Of a stretch of DNA of 64,000 bases, positions 12,490 to 26,036 are shown one piece after another. Where the stretch lies: NCBI GenBank assembly GCA_020891255.1, contig BQFW01000011.1, positions 868,001 through 932,000 of the forward strand, written 5' to 3'. The stretch is from Entomortierella parvispora E1425. Its lineage: Eukaryota; Fungi; Mortierellomycota. The translations under genes were made by a program, and so were the position numbers. The stretch's first letter is position 1. Each line of letters starts with the position of its first letter. The notes under the pieces were generated by a model. The model had not been told where the DNA came from. It searched no databases and was given only the letters and a program-made list of their open reading frames with translations.

Positions 12490-15231
12490 CTAACTAGGTG
12501 AGCCAGAAGAGTGAAAGGGTGATGCTGATCGAGAGGACGACGTCGAGTTGCTTGGAGCTCCACTGGGAGATCCCCAAGGTGGGAAATAGTCTTCACTCGG
12601 GGTTGGGGTCCAAGGCCGATGCTGGCTCGTGGTCGAGGCCAGACCGGCTTCCAGAGACTGCTGTTGATACATTTGTTGGTACCGACTTTGGTGCTGACGG
12701 TACCAAGTCGAGTGCCGAGCCGCTTCGATCGCAGCCGATTTCGCAGCCGCGATGGCAATCGCGTCCGCAATAATAGACTGCAGCTCTTGGTCCACACTCG
12801 AGGACGTGGCCGACCGCCCGTCCGATGCAGTCTCGTCATGACCGCCGTCAGTCTCTCGACCGTGCTCGGCCTGTTCTCGCATCGCCTGCGCTGCAGTGGA
12901 TGAAGAAGGACATTCGGATGAGGAGGAGGCAGCCGCACAAGTCGCGATGGCGGCAGCCGCAGAGTCCAATGACATGGATCTTCTTTGCTTCTGATGGTCT
13001 GACGTCTTAAAAGCCTCGACGCTCTTCCTTCCAGACTCTGGAACAGCAATGGAAGAAGACCGCGTAGCGACATAAGGTTGACTCGCGGACAGACCGGTGG
13101 AGGCGCCTGTCATGGCCCTTGACAGCCTCAAAGGATCACCAGGGTGACCGTAGATGCCACCCGAGCCAGACATGGCCTGCTGTTCCTGAAGGACCAAAGA
13201 GGGTCGTCTCAGAAGCAGATAGGATTGTGGCACAGGCGGAGAAGGCACCGGAGGGTACTGTGGTGAAGGACAATTACTCGAAGAAGCCGAGGACGAGGGA
13301 GAAATGACGATCCGATGATGGGACTCTGTAGAGGCTACCTTTTCATGGTCGTCTAAACTATGGCTTCTCGTCCTCCGTTCTTGTTGCATCAGCATGTGAA
13401 CCTGTTGTTGTTGCTGCCTGACCACTCTAGTCGGGATGGGCAAATGCGACAAGGAGGACGAGGGCGACGATCTTGCAGTCAGGATGATATTCGATCCTGA
13501 GATGATGGGACTTTCAGGTCGACTGCCTGCCGTCATGATGCCGCTGCTGTTCAGGTACGCTTTCGATATGGGCCGAGGAATCTGAACCGTGAGAGGCGAC
13601 AGCGGAGGCGAGATTGGGCTCCCTGACGAGCTCAGCGTTGGTGAGCTCATCGTGGAAGAAGACGAGAGCTGTGGAGAGGTCCAGAAGCTGTTGTTCATGA
13701 CCTGACTGGGACTCCTCTGGTGCGAGAGGCGCGCCCGACCTCGAGAATTCAATGGGGGCGAGGAGGGCAGGGGTGGTGGAGGGGACGAGGGCGGAAGGAT
13801 GATCTTGTTTGTCCTGGGGCACCGATTCACCGGCAAAGCGCTAAAATCGATCGTGGGACTCGAGTTGGCCCGGATCCTGGGGGACAAGGGTGCCACAGTC
13901 GTCGACGAGGACAGAGATGATGTCGAGTCGCGGCGGAGATAGTCGCCTCCGTCCTGTCCTTCTTTCCAGTGTACACTGTTTCTGCCTCCACTGCCCTTGC
14001 CCTGATGGTCCACGCTCATACTCCGCCTGCCTGCAATATAGGTCGAGGTCCGAGATCGTCGCGCAGATGCCAAGGTGTTGGGACAGAGGGCGTCCTTGGG
14101 GATCTCTGGCGGAGGGTTGGTGGGAGGAGGGGGAGGGGGAGGATGGCACATCGAGATGCGGGCTCGACCCCCTTGGATGAAGCTGTCTGCACCCCGATGG
14201 GTTGCAAGTGATGGAGGACGCCGTCTTGGGACCGGGACTGGCATATCCACGGACGACGTCTCGTCCACCTCGGTCGATGATGACTTTGGAGTTCCTATTT
14301 GAGACGCCGTGGGTTCTGGGGACGAAGTGATCAAGATCTCGTCGCTGATGATGACTGGCAATAAGACCTCGAGGTCCATAGAGACCATGTCAATATGGAC
14401 ATCATTCTTCACCTCCGGTTTCAGGAACGTATTATTGTTTGTTGTGGGCTCTTTTGGAGGTGGGGGTGGAGGGACAGGGGTGGAGCTTGAGACCATAGAT
14501 ACAGGTGGAGAGGGTGATGATGTTGTTGACATGGTAATAGTACAGGATGAAGCATCTTCGTTGTCGGAATGGTTGTGATAATGGTGATGGTGATGGTGAT
14601 CGCGAGAGGAAAGGGATTCTGTTTGGTCGCGAAGGTGCCGTGGACTGGTGGATGTGGAGGTGTTGTCGTGACATGATGACAAGTCATAGGGGTGGATGGT
14701 ACTCGGACTACCATCTGGTTGTTGACCCTTTTGTTGCATGTGGTTGTTGCCAGTATTAGTGTGGTGTTGTTGCTCCAGATCGCGCCCGCGCCCTGAGGAA
14801 GAAAACGAGAACTCTTCCCCACCCCCATCGCCATCGTGTCGTCCATGGCGGAGATTTTGGTCGGATGGTTTTGATTTCGCAAAGGATTTCAAACTCATCC
14901 ACACGCGGCTACGACGACCAAAGGTGTCCTTGTCGTCACTGTGGTCCTGGTTGGCAAGCCGCCGTTGGCGTCTCCTTCGAAGGATAAACCAAACGACGGT
15001 ACCGATGATGATGACCAAGACTCCAGCGACAACTCCGACAATGATTCCTATTGGTGGTCCTGTACTTTTTGTGGAGGGTGATGCTGAGACAGGGTATTGT
15101 GATGATAGTGATGTAGAAGCAGGAGAACTGGAGACCTGCTGGTCCGCCAAGGATGCTGTCGGTTGTGAAGAGATGGCGGAAGATGGTATTGAGGGTGAAG
15201 ATGGAGACGTTGCTGGTGGTCGGAGAGACAT
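12490..15231 (-). CDS. Single-pass membrane protein, 913 aa: short Ser-rich ectodomain and long S/P-rich disordered cytoplasmic tail
   Basis: Uninterrupted ORF. TM segment IGIIVGVVAGVLVIIIGTVVWFIL is followed by an RRRRQRR stop-transfer, as in Mid2/SKG6-type fungal proteins. Poly-Pro tracts present. Confidence 0.75.
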   Translation of the reverse strand: MSLRPPATSPSSPSIPSSAISSQPTASLADQQVSSSPASTSLSSQYPVSASPSTKSTGPPIGIIVGVVAGVLVIIIGTVVWFILRRRRQRRLANQDHSDDKDTFGRRSRVWMSLKSFAKSKPSDQNLRHGRHDGDGGGEEFSFSSSGRGRDLEQQHHTNTGNNHMQQKGQQPDGSPSTIHPYDLSSCHDNTSTSTSPRHLRDQTESLSSRDHHHHHHYHNHSDNEDASSCTITMSTTSSPSPPVSMVSSSTPVPPPPPPKEPTTNNNTFLKPEVKNDVHIDMVSMDLEVLLPVIISDEILITSSPEPTASQIGTPKSSSTEVDETSSVDMPVPVPRRRPPSLATHRGADSFIQGGRARISMCHPPPPPPPTNPPPEIPKDALCPNTLASARRSRTSTYIAGRRSMSVDHQGKGSGGRNSVHWKEGQDGGDYLRRDSTSSLSSSTTVAPLSPRIRANSSPTIDFSALPVNRCPRTNKIILPPSSPPPPLPSSPPLNSRGRARLSHQRSPSQVMNNSFWTSPQLSSSSTMSSPTLSSSGSPISPPLSPLTVQIPRPISKAYLNSSGIMTAGSRPESPIISGSNIILTARSSPSSSLSHLPIPTRVVRQQQQQVHMLMQQERRTRSHSLDDHEKVASTESHHRIVISPSSSASSSNCPSPQYPPVPSPPVPQSYLLLRRPSLVLQEQQAMSGSGGIYGHPGDPLRLSRAMTGASTGLSASQPYVATRSSSIAVPESGRKSVEAFKTSDHQKQRRSMSLDSAAAAIATCAAASSSSECPSSSTAAQAMREQAEHGRETDGGHDETASDGRSATSSSVDQELQSIIADAIAIAAAKSAAIEAARHSTWYRQHQSRYQQMYQQQSLEAGLASTTSQHRPWTPTPSEDYFPPWGSPSGAPSNSTSSSRSASPFHSSGSPS

Positions 15232-18200
15232 GATGTGTGTGAGAGTGTGGGTGGATGTGGAAGAAAGAGAGTGAATGTCGAGTTTTTGTCAAGGGCAAAA
15301 AAGAAAAAAAAGGGAAAAGTGTGCGTTGCTGATTTCGAGGGTGGGTTCTGGTCGTTAGTGTGTTCTCAAGAGAGGCTCCTATGTTTATATGGTCCAAGGG
15401 AAAGAAGAAAAAAACGGATGGTGGGTGGGAAACACCGGGTTAGGGTCAAAGCGGTAACTAGCTGAATTCCTCTCCGAGGAGAAAGCTCTGTTGGTATATG
15501 GTCTCCCGCCAAAACATCATTTATATTTTTTTCTTTTTGCGTCCATGGTCCCAGCTGCATGCATGCAAGCACCATTACGTACAACCCCGTTACTATGGAA
15601 AAAGCAAACACGAAAAATTGCCAGCGACGAATGATCGAAAAATTTCAGGGGTGGCCAAAGGGAGGATTGGAGTGAAAATGACGAGGTATCGGGAACCCGA
15701 TTGATTTTTTTTCTTTCTCTCTTTTTTGGTTGCTGCAAGGTGGAGGGAGAATGGATGGAAAAGAAAATTGAGGGGGAGCGAAAAGAGAGAAGAGAGGAAA
15801 GAAGAAAAAGAAAAAAAGATGGCGGGAAAGAAAGTTGTACGAGGTGATGTGTAAGCGAGCGCCTGTGGCAGGTGAATCGGGGTGCGGTTGGACGATGTGG
15901 ATGGTGCGATGGAGGAAGGGGCGTCCTCTTGCTTTTTTTTTTGTGTTTGGACACAAAGGCACAAAACGGACACAAGGTGCGGGGGTTTTTTGGATGCAGT
16001 TTGCATGAACCATCGAAATTGAACTGGCGGGAAAAAGAAGATTATCGTAGAAAGTAACGGTGCTGTGTGGGCGTACCGAGAATAAAGACAGGGGGCTGAC
16101 AGGGAGGATAGATGTTTTACAGTTATGATGACGGAGGATTGACTACCTTTGGCTGTTCCGAGTGGATGGTCGCCCAACCCAAACAGAGAGACAGGGCGAT
16201 AATGACAGCGATTGGCGCGTGGAGTCGTTGCGTGCTACCGCAGGACTGTGCACATCGCCTGCCGTCAGTCAGGACTAGCTTATTCTGTTAGACAGAGTAC
16301 TGAGGTCGTGTTTGTATGCTTCTCCGCCTGTTGTTGGGAAAAAAGAAAGTATCCCAAGGCGGCCGAGTTCTCGGTCGGAAAATACAAAGGTGTCGTAAAA
16401 GGTCGTGAGATCGTCAGTGAGAGTTGTTGTTGAGGATGAAAGGCAGAATGTGGACAGAGCTGATAAGTGTAGTGCTGTTCGATTCCTCAGGGATATGTGG
16501 TGATGGTGTTGGTAGTGGATGGGTCGCTTTAACAAGCAAAGAGGTGGGGATGAAAAGTAAAGGAAGGGGATCTTAAGAGAGGAGAGACAAAAGAGCGAAA
16601 AGACGTCGACAAGCAAAGAAGACAGAGAAAAGGAATCCGAAGATGATTCAGTCTCTATCCGGACAAGCGCTCTTATGCCTCAGACTCCTCCATTCCTTCT
16701 CTTGCGCTCACCTTCATCTTTGAAAACAAGGCAGCTTGTCATTGCTCTCATCCAAAGTTTTGCCTTGGTTGGTTTATTCACTAAGTTTTTTTTTCTGCCT
16801 CAGGTTTTTTTTGCAGCCGTTACAATTGGACCAAGCAGTCGTTGAACTTGGACCTCTCGGCACAGGAGCAATTGATCTACAATTGCGCACGGTTGGCTTC
16901 TCTTCTTCTCAATCAGCTATCGCCGCATCTTGCCCTGCCCATCGCACTTTTTTCTCTCCTCTCTCTCTCACTCCGACCATCGTTACTTTTTTTTTGTTTT
17001 CTTGTTTTGTGCGCAAGATGTCTTCAAACACTTTTTTTTTATTCGTCCGTGATGACCTGAGTAGGGGTGAATGGAGAAATAGACTGTTTTCAATTGACAG
17101 CAAAAGACTTGAAGCGTGCTGTGTTGTTTTCCTTTTGGATGGCCATCAGTCACTGCATCTCCTTCGATGCTCAAAAAAACTCGCTTGTTGGCTCAGAATT
17201 TTTTTTGTAGTTGAAATTGAGTGCTCTCAATCCCAAACAACAACAAAGTGGACATTGATTCCTCTCGACATCTTCAAGCTACCACTTCTCTTACTCTGTC
17301 CTCTGTTGTGCACAGAGAACCACTGTGGGGGTGGGCAATACACAATAACAACAACAACAAGACAACAACCGGTCAATTGCTGTTGTCGCGTCAACAACAA
17401 TTTGGAGAGAGAGAGAGAACGAGAGGGGAGCGAGTAGAGACACAATGTTAAAAATCCTCCGTGAACGATCGGGTTATTTGGCCTTCCCGCCGGACGTGCC
17501 AAGGGAGCGGGATGGTATTCGATGGACGAAGATAGACCAAGATTAGGTGCATGCAGGAACACCAAACAACTTTTGAGGGTTGCATGCATGGGACAAGCTC
17601 GATATATTGCTCCACTAATGCAAGGTTTCTTTTTCTTATTTTGGTCCGAGGGAGAGGTACGTGTGTCAGTTCCTCTCATCCACAGTCTATCTCTTCCTTC
17701 ATTCATTCCTTACGCTGTTTTCCAACTCTACCAAAGGACCCTTTTCGTTTGCCCGTGTCTTCTTTTACTTTTTGGTTTGAACAATTCGTTGCTCTCACTG
17801 TGTTTTTTTTTCTCTCTTGATCATAGAAAGAACATAAAGGGGATAGATCAAGGGGGAGTGAGAGGGAGTGAAGATGAAGAGGAATGAAGACGCTAAACCA
17901 ATTCCTTGCTCTACCTTTTCTGCATGGTGGTTTTTTCTTGTGAGCGCCCCAAAACCATAACAACTTTTTCTTTGATTGAAGCAGCCCGGCCAGGGAACAC
18001 AAAGAGCTTTTTCGAAAAGCAAATCATGTGTCTAAAGGGCATTTGGTTTTATATTTAGGTGAAGGAGACATGGGAGGTAGTATCGTGCCAGACCCATTGC
18101 CCTCACGGCCCTTCGCCCTCGCATGGTCTGTCTCTGAATGTTGTCTTTTTGGATCCATGGACCATGGCTCCTTGTTCCTGCATGAGGAATTCCTTTTTGA

Positions 18201-18921
18201 GTTCCCGCCTTTCTGTTGGTTTCTCTTTTGTGTTTGCCGCGGGAACGAAAGAGGGGGGTGGGTGAGGACAAGTGAGCCATGGACAAGCTTTGCCATGCTT
18301 TTGTTTCGCTGCATCTGGCGTTGGTGGAGGGCGCAGACGAGGATGCAGGTCGGAGAGGAAGGGCATGCTCGTGTGTATGCAGCTCCTTGTCTTTACTCTC
18401 TCCACAAAAATAGCCCAAGACATAGTACGGCTACGAGAGATAGAGATAGAGATAGAGATAGAGAGGGAGATGGAGAGAACGAGACGAAATAACAAAGCAC
18501 ATGGCATTCCAGGCTACCTTGGTGACCTTCGCTTCTCTCTCCTTCTCTCTTTCTCGTGCAGTCCTCCGAGCGACATGCAAACGCTCTTAAGCGACTGACG
18601 CGTTCACTGGAACGATTGCGCAAGGCGCGTTCTGCCGTTGTTTGCTCTATTCTCTCCCTCTCTCGTGTTAGTGAACAGATTGGGAGCATCACGTTAAGTA
18701 CCTCCACCATAGTAATTGTTTGTTAGAAACCAGAGAAAGGGCTTCTTCTCGCCACATGATAGACAATGGAGGGACGCACATGCATTTGAGCACTTTTTTT
18801 ACAGGGAAAATACCAGTTAAGGGCTACACTGGTATGATGCTGTTGCTGAGCAAAAGGGTGGGAGCGACTAGTGTATGCGAGAGAAAGATAGATGGGGTAT
18901 ATGCAAAAAAGATGCGATACT

Positions 18922-21880
18922 TTACATGATGCTGATGACAAAGAGCAAGAAATAGAAGGGGATGACAAACCAAGCCACATTGACAAGGTCCCACGCCACC
19001 AATTTCCAGTAAACAGGCATCAACAGGGGCCACGTTGGCTTTCCAGCACTGAAGATTCTTCGCTCCCTGTTGTCCTCTTCCCGATCCACACTCTCCCCGT
19101 CCTCGTTTTCATCGCCGAACAGTGATCGCGAAATGGAAGAAAAGGAAGACGTCGTGGCCACGGGCATATACACTCCTCGACGCTTAAGATGTCGTTGTTG
19201 TCTTGCCCATCCTCCAGAAGTGATCCATCGATACCGTTGAACCACGATCCAGCAGAGAGAGATGCCAAACAAAACACCGTAGCAAATGTAAATCTGCATC
19301 TGGTTTGGGAGCATGCATTCCTCGTAGGCAAACGTTGCCTTTCCTGTAGGTCGCAGGACGGTTTCTGTCTGATCCGCGGGGTCTAAAGCGCCCACCGGCA
19401 ATCCAGGTCCTGGTACATCCGGGAAGGTGTTCTTGGGGGTATGATCCGGATTATAGAGGGACAGCATCACAAAGGCTGGTTGTTGGATCCCCTGAGCAAA
19501 GCTGAAGGATCTCAATGTCACTTCTGGCGTGATAGTTCCATCAAGCGAATGAGCAATCTCACACCAGTCGTGGTCGTCTCCACTGAAGACCATGTCTGGC
19601 TGGATTCCACGCAAGATTTCCCTTGAGAGACTGGCGCTGACCATGTTCCAGTATTGTGCTCCCCCACGGTTGATAATCAATTGCTTTGTTTCCCGTACAT
19701 CGCCGCAGTAGGTTGTATCGCTTCGGAAGAGGGGGACATGGGTAAACAATATCCGTGGAAGCGTCAGAGGTTCTAAGAAGAAGGATAACAATAGGAAACG
19801 ACATCCATCAGCACAGGGACATAAACAGGGTCGCCCTGTGGCTGCAAGGGGGACAGGGCTCATGCAGGCATGAATTCTCTAGGCTGTCGCCCATTGCACC
19901 CTTCAGGTCGTCTAGAGTCTTCCTCTCCTGTAAACAAAAATTGCGCCCCATATGTAGTCCTGATCCATCGGTGCCATTTAGGGATAAAAATGATAGGCCT
20001 AGGTTGCTCTTTTGTCATAAGGCCGCAAACTTTTGTGTGCGTTTGAGAAGGAAAGAGGAAAAAAGAATAGAGCAAGAGTGCGCATTACCTTGTTCCATTT
20101 GGTTCAGGAACTGCTGGGACTCTTCTCTGATCTCGGGAACAACTGCGCTGAGGGAAAGAGTATCAAGGACGACGAGGGAGTGGTTGCCGACTTGAATCTC
20201 ATAGTTCACGGATCCAAACATTTTTTTGTATCGAATCAGGGACGTTTTGATCAAATTGTCTCCAAAGCCAACGTCGTGATTGCCTGCAACGTACAGCCGA
20301 AGGCTTTTGCCGGACGAACGAACCTCCTCTCGCTCAGCCGCCGTTGTCGGGATGTCTTTGACCTGTTTATAGTGCCCTGCGAAGCCTTCCTCGGTCAGCG
20401 GGTCCTCTGGAGCCTCATCCATGATGACTGGTGCCTGGTTCCAAGCGCTGGACTTTGATTCAAACACTCGCTGATAGAAGCGTTGGAGATTGTCCTCAAA
20501 CACCTGTCCCTGTGAGAGCCTGCCCCCATCGTTCAAATCACCCACAAAGATGACAGCATCCGGTCGAAGCGAAGAATGCATTCGACGGAAGCTACGTTTC
20601 ATGTAGATGTCGGTGTATATCTGAACCAGACCCAGAAGAAGCCCCTCCTGACGATAAGAGACCCAATCTGTCAATTGTGGGTCGGCGATGACGGCAATCC
20701 TGTACCTGTCCTTCATAGCCTGATCTGTGGTATCCTAATCAACAACGTACATCGAAAGAGAAAAATAGACACTAGATCAGTACGAATTGTCTAGATGTGC
20801 ACGGAAGAATTTAAAGTAACGGGGGTTCTTCCGAACTCCACAATAAAGCCAATCCTCTAGGAGAACCGCTCTGGTCGTCCGCCAACATCCTCGAAACAAA
20901 AAAAAAAAAAAAGCCTCCCCCATCTTCCCTGTCCTCAACTGCAACTCGATCATTCTCTTCTGTTCGTCGACAGTTAGTATGTACGCATGTGTTAGCAGCA
21001 AGGAAGAGAGGGGGTTTTTTTCCATCGAGGAACGTCCACCAGACAGAGAGGGGTCGTGGTCTATCTCGAATCGCTCTTTGGCGCAGGAAAATTTTTGTAT
21101 TACACCAAATCGAACTGTCTCGGTATTTTTTTTGTTCACGTTCATGGCCGCTTGGCTAGAAACTTCCAACTGCTCTGTGGTGCACCTTTGGGGTTTCCAA
21201 AAACTCATATCAGAATGGCCGGATGATGCTATAGTGGACTCTCTCATCCCCTGCCCCTCTATTTTTTTTTTGGAGGTATTACAAACGAGACCAAGCACGC
21301 AGTAGAGATTTTTTTTAGCACTTACCCAGGCTGAGTTCTCTGGCCAAGAGCATCGATGGACCATGGCCCAGAAGGTCCCATGCTCACCAACGGCAAGTGA
21401 TAGGCACCACAGCAATCGCAAGAACCGCACCTGATTGGAGCGATGGCTTATGTGTCTCAGACTTGTGGAGTTGGGTTCACCCTGTCCTCGCTCTTGATCA
21501 TCCGGGTCGTCGTCATGACTGGGGCCAACGTTGATCTTGACAGCGTTGGGGGAAGAGCGAGAGGAAGTAGAGGAGGAGGAGGAAGAAGATCGCACGGGGA
21601 GTGGCATGGGTGGGTTGGAAGAAAGCCCTTCGTCAAAGTCGTTGCTCCCAGTTGTGTTGTTCTGTGTCCGATTATGATTGTGGAACGGGGCCTTTATGGA
21701 GAGTTCGGAGGCTAAAGAGGAGGCGCGAGCTCGAATAGCGTGGTTGAGCTCTGGGAGTAAACGACTGCCCCGACGGAAAAAAGTTGATGGAGAGGAAGAA
21801 GGCTGTTGAAGGTGAGTGGGTGCGGAACTGTCAAGGGCTTCGTTGTCGTCTGTGGAGTCGATGGGATGGTATCTGGTCAT
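18922..21880 (-). CDS. CDC1: Cdc1/MPPE1(PGAP5)-like Mn-dependent metallophosphoesterase, about 683 aa; complement(join(18922..19772,20089..20734,21326..21880))
   Basis: Motifs IADPQ, GDLNDGG, GNHDVG, THVPL and GDDHDWC, with N- and C-terminal TM helices. The exon 2 acceptor could instead lie 15 nt downstream. Confidence 0.88.
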
Positions 21881-24689
21881 GACGAGGAAACAAGCAGGGC
21901 AAGAAGAGAGAGAGGGGGGTCAGGGGAGAAAGACAGGGAGACAGGGAGAGGAACGACAACAAAGTAAGTGGAGAACGGATGGAGTAAAGAGAGGAAAGTC
22001 AAGGGGTGCCCCTAAACAACACGAAGGAAGAGGAAGCGTATCAGTTTTGCAGTCTTCCACACCACAGCACCGAGGGCAACTATAATGCGCTTTGCGTTCA
22101 GGAAAACATACCAAAGATGGCAATTACCCTCCAGCTGCTCAGGATGAGGACTGAGCTGTGGGCAAGGGACCCCAGTCAACATCCCCTCAGATGAGAGCTG
22201 CCAGAAAGAGGTACACATTGGTGCTGCAGCACCTCACTCTCCCGTGAATGTGATCCGGCGGTAGGGATGGTTTGCACAGAGTGAAAAGGCGATGGGTGCT
22301 CTCTCTTCCGCTCTAATTCTCGACGTTGACTAATGTTGCTGGCTCAGTTCTGTCTCAATAAATGTCCTTGCTGCGCGAACGAGCAAGTTGTGCCAACAGT
22401 GGATTCTTTGGGCTCAAGAGAGTCATTTGCTATCATCTCCCTTGTGCACAGGCCCGCATGAAGGACTTGAACTGTAGGCATGCAACTCCTCGCAAGAGAG
22501 CAGGGTCTTGCTGTGGCTTAGATGTTGGGTGCACGTGCGAGGAGCTGCACGAGCCGTGTTGGGTATAGCACTTCAGCCCGCACATGGCCCAGATCCCCGT
22601 GGTCCTTGCAGGCTTTAACCTGCACACGATGCCCCGTTTAGGCGATAAAGTGGTTTGGGAGAGAACCTTGGCCATGACCGACTGTACTCCACATACACCG
22701 GAAAAGCCTGCTCAAAAGGCCGGGTGCACATATGGCAACTCCGAGTTTTCAGGAAACAAATTGACGAGCGTCCGTCCAAGGATATAGACCTACTGCCCAG
22801 TTATGAACATATTTTGGGCACGTTTTACGAACTAGCGACCAAAAACCATTTTTTTGGACGTGACAAATCGTCAACCCGAGGCACAGGCGTGACCTCATTT
22901 CAAGCCAAGTTTTCGCTCCTCCAGACTTGGGCAGGATTGACCATTTATCCGGGGATGGGGCACAATTCGCGTAGGCGCGACTTTTAGTGCAGGTACATCT
23001 CTGCATGACCAATCATGAGTGTTTCCTCTCAAGAAGATGGTGGCCCTGCATGACCACGAGCCTTCTTCACACTAGCAAGCATGCTGGCAAGGTAGCAGGG
23101 TAGCAGTTAAGAACACCCTGAGGACCAGTGGCCAACTGGGTGGTTTGTTTGGTCCGTAGAATGTCCAAGTGGTACCCTGGGAACTTTTTAAGAAATGATA
23201 TAAATGACCAAATGTGGTTTAATGGATGCAATTGAGCCGACAGGGTCTCATTATCTCATGCACTTGCGCTGTTTCCTGTTGCGCGAGATCAGCAAGTATC
23301 AATAGAAATGGCATTGACATTAGGCTACAAAAGCGACTTCTACAAAAAAACATCAAATGGCGCTAGAATTTCTAGACAGGATGTCTGTTTCGTGAATAAC
23401 TGCTACCGTAGGCAGTAGAGATCTGTTCGCATTCGCTTGATGTGTACACAAGGTCAAAGTCAAGGTTGAAGGAGAGGCAAAACAAGAGAACACCCTCAAC
23501 TTTCACAGCTTGTAACAACATTCAAAAAAAAAAAAAAAAAAAAAAAAAAACGACAGAAGCAGGAATCTTGATTGCGTGTTCTCATGGGAATAGCTCCATT
23601 ATCTCTTTCCCCTCCTTCCTCATCCGCAGCCTTTCCATCATATCTTTTCCATATCGAAACACGATATCAAGGGTGAAGTACATGTACAATGTATCATGTC
23701 CAAGAGACCAGGTGTCTGCGGTTGATTCCTTGCTCATGAAATAAACAAGAGTAAGCAAAGGAATCCAAGTGCCCATCCCTTGCATCGATTTCGGTTTGCA
23801 ACCTGCATGTCAACATGTGAACAGATGATCATGTCCCTCCCCAACCACGTTTGTACTCTCTTCCTCTCTTTCATTCTCTCATCATCATCCTCTCCCAATG
23901 GGAATGGTTGGCCCGAGGCTGGGTGGTTCAGTGGACGCAAGGTCCCATCGAAAGAGGAAGTAAATCAGTATTCCCACACGCCGCCCTGGGAATTTATTTT
24001 TTTGAGAATTCTTGGCAGCTGGATAACTCGGACCTTCGCGTGTCCAATTTCTCGTTGTGTACAGCTTACCATAGGAGAACGACATTATTGAGGTGAGGAC
24101 GTCATCGCTGGAAGAGGACCCTGATGATGAGAGGACTTTGACTCTATTCATTTTTTAAGAACCGGGTTTTTGACAATGGCACAAAACCGTGGGTTGGGTC
24201 AAAAACTAGCTGTCATTCCCGGCTAAATCGATGTAAAACTGCCCAAGGGCAAAGTCATGAATTCGGCAATGTTTGCCCTTTTGGACATTTCTTGTGCTAC
24301 ATTCAACAAGGGGAGACCCTTAGTGGAAAACATTAGCACGGCGGTAAACAAACAGCCGAGCGAGAGCAAATCGATATTCCTCAGGGTCCCTTCTCAATAG
24401 TAAGATCATCCCCTGATTCGCTCATGCACATTCGCATGTCCTTGTCGACTCTTTGATCGAATGAAATGCGACGCGACACGCGCTTTGGCCGCGTAGACCA
24501 AAAAGCACTTTTTTTCACCTTTGTCATGGGAAAAACCAGTTCGATGCACCAGAGATATGAACAGAGATGTCTTCTAAGAAATACTTCCCATCGGGGGATA
24601 TACATCCACTGTAATTGACAGGGGCAGAGGGGCATCGTAATCGCCAGATCAGTTGGCAAGTTCCACCCTGCCCGAGCTTGTGGAAACAG

Positions 24690-24695
24690 TATAAA
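24690..24695 (+). promoter_or_regulatory. TATA box of pepsin copy 1
   Basis: TATAAA 84 nt upstream of the ATG at 24774, followed by a CT-rich leader. Confidence 0.65.
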
Positions 24696-24773
24696 TACGA
24701 CATAAAGTCTTCTTCCCATTTTTGTTCTCCACCCCTCTCACATCCTCTCCTTCCACACTCAAGAACTTCAGCT

Positions 24774-26036
24774 ATGAAGATCACCGCCTTCGTTTCCCTG
24801 GCCGCCGCGGTCTTGGCTTTTGTCGAAGCCTCGCCTATGAAGATCCACCCTGGACATCCCGTCGCCCTGACTCGCAATCCTAACTACAAGCCCAATGCCA
24901 AGGCCCAGATTGCCAAGTTGAACAGGCGTTACCCTCAGCTCCAGATCTTGGCCGGTTCTACTGGATCCGTGCCTCTCACCGATGTCAGCCCCGATCTCGA
25001 ATACTACGGATCCGTCAACATCGGAACCCCCGCCCAGGTCTTCAAGCTGGACTTTGATACCGTAAGTTGGATACCGCAGGAAAATATCTGCTTCTTGTGA
25101 GAAAAAAAATAGTCTCTGATCGTTGAACCTGTTATTTTTCTGTAGGGTTCGTCCGACATCTGGTTCCCTTCCAGCACCTGCACCACCAGTGCCTGCAAGT
25201 CCCACACTCGCTTCAACTCTGCCAAGTCCTCCACCTACCAAAAGGATGGTCGCAGTTGGTCCATCTCCTATGGTGATGGTTCCTCCGCCTCCGGTATCCT
25301 TGGATCCGATATGGTCTCCGTTGGAGGCATCTCTGTTCGTCAGACCATTGGCTTGGCCACTACCGAGTCTTCTCAGTTCGGTTCTTCCCCCGAGGATGGC
25401 CTATTCGGTCTCGGATTCGACACCATCGAGTCCGTCTCTGGTGTCAAGACCTTTTTGGATAACGCCATTGCTGCCGGTGCCCTTGCCCAGCCCGTCATCT
25501 CGGTTTTCTTGCCCTCGGAGCGTCTTTTCAACGGTCAGGGTGGCGAGTACCTCTTTGGCGGTATCGACAAGTCCAAGTACACTGGTTCTTTGACCTACGT
25601 CCCCGTCTCCCAGGAGGGTTACTGGCAGATCGCCATTGATGATGCTGGATACAACGGTCAATCCTTGGGACAGTCCTCCCAAGGTATCGTTGACACTGGT
25701 ACGACTTTGATCATTGTCGGTGACGATGCTGCCCAGGCCATCCACGAAAACATCAGTGGCGCTACCAACGACCCCAACAACGGATGGTTGGTTCCTTGTT
25801 CGCTCTCCTCTAGCACCGACACCCTCTCGTTCACCTTGGCCGGCACCGCTTTCAACGTCGCTGTCGCTGACTTGGCTTACCAAGATCTCGGTGATGGCTC
25901 TGGCAACTGTGTCTCTGGCGTCCAGGGTGGTCAAGATGGTCTCTGGATCTTGGGAGATGTCTTCATCAAGAACAACTACTGCGTCTTCTCCCAGACCTCC
26001 TCTCCTTCCATTGGAATTGCCCCTCTGGCCGTTTAA
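24774..26036 (+). CDS. Secreted pepsin-like (A1) aspartic protease, copy 1, about 392 aa; join(24774..25061,25146..26036)
   Basis: Signal peptide MKITAFVSLAAAVLAFVEA, propeptide, YYGSVNIGTP, catalytic DFDT|GSSDIW split by the intron, IVDTGTT, ILGDVFIK. Confidence 0.96.

Noticed and set aside
15300-18900. Many short F/L/S-rich or K/E/R-rich ORFs
   Set aside because: They derive from pyrimidine/purine tracts and microsatellites of UTR or intergenic DNA, with no motifs or coherent splicing.
22362-22568. Cys-rich 68-aa ORF with KR followed by AGSCCGLDVGCTCEELHEPCWV
   Set aside because: No signal peptide, odd number of Cys after KR, and no promoter or terminator support.
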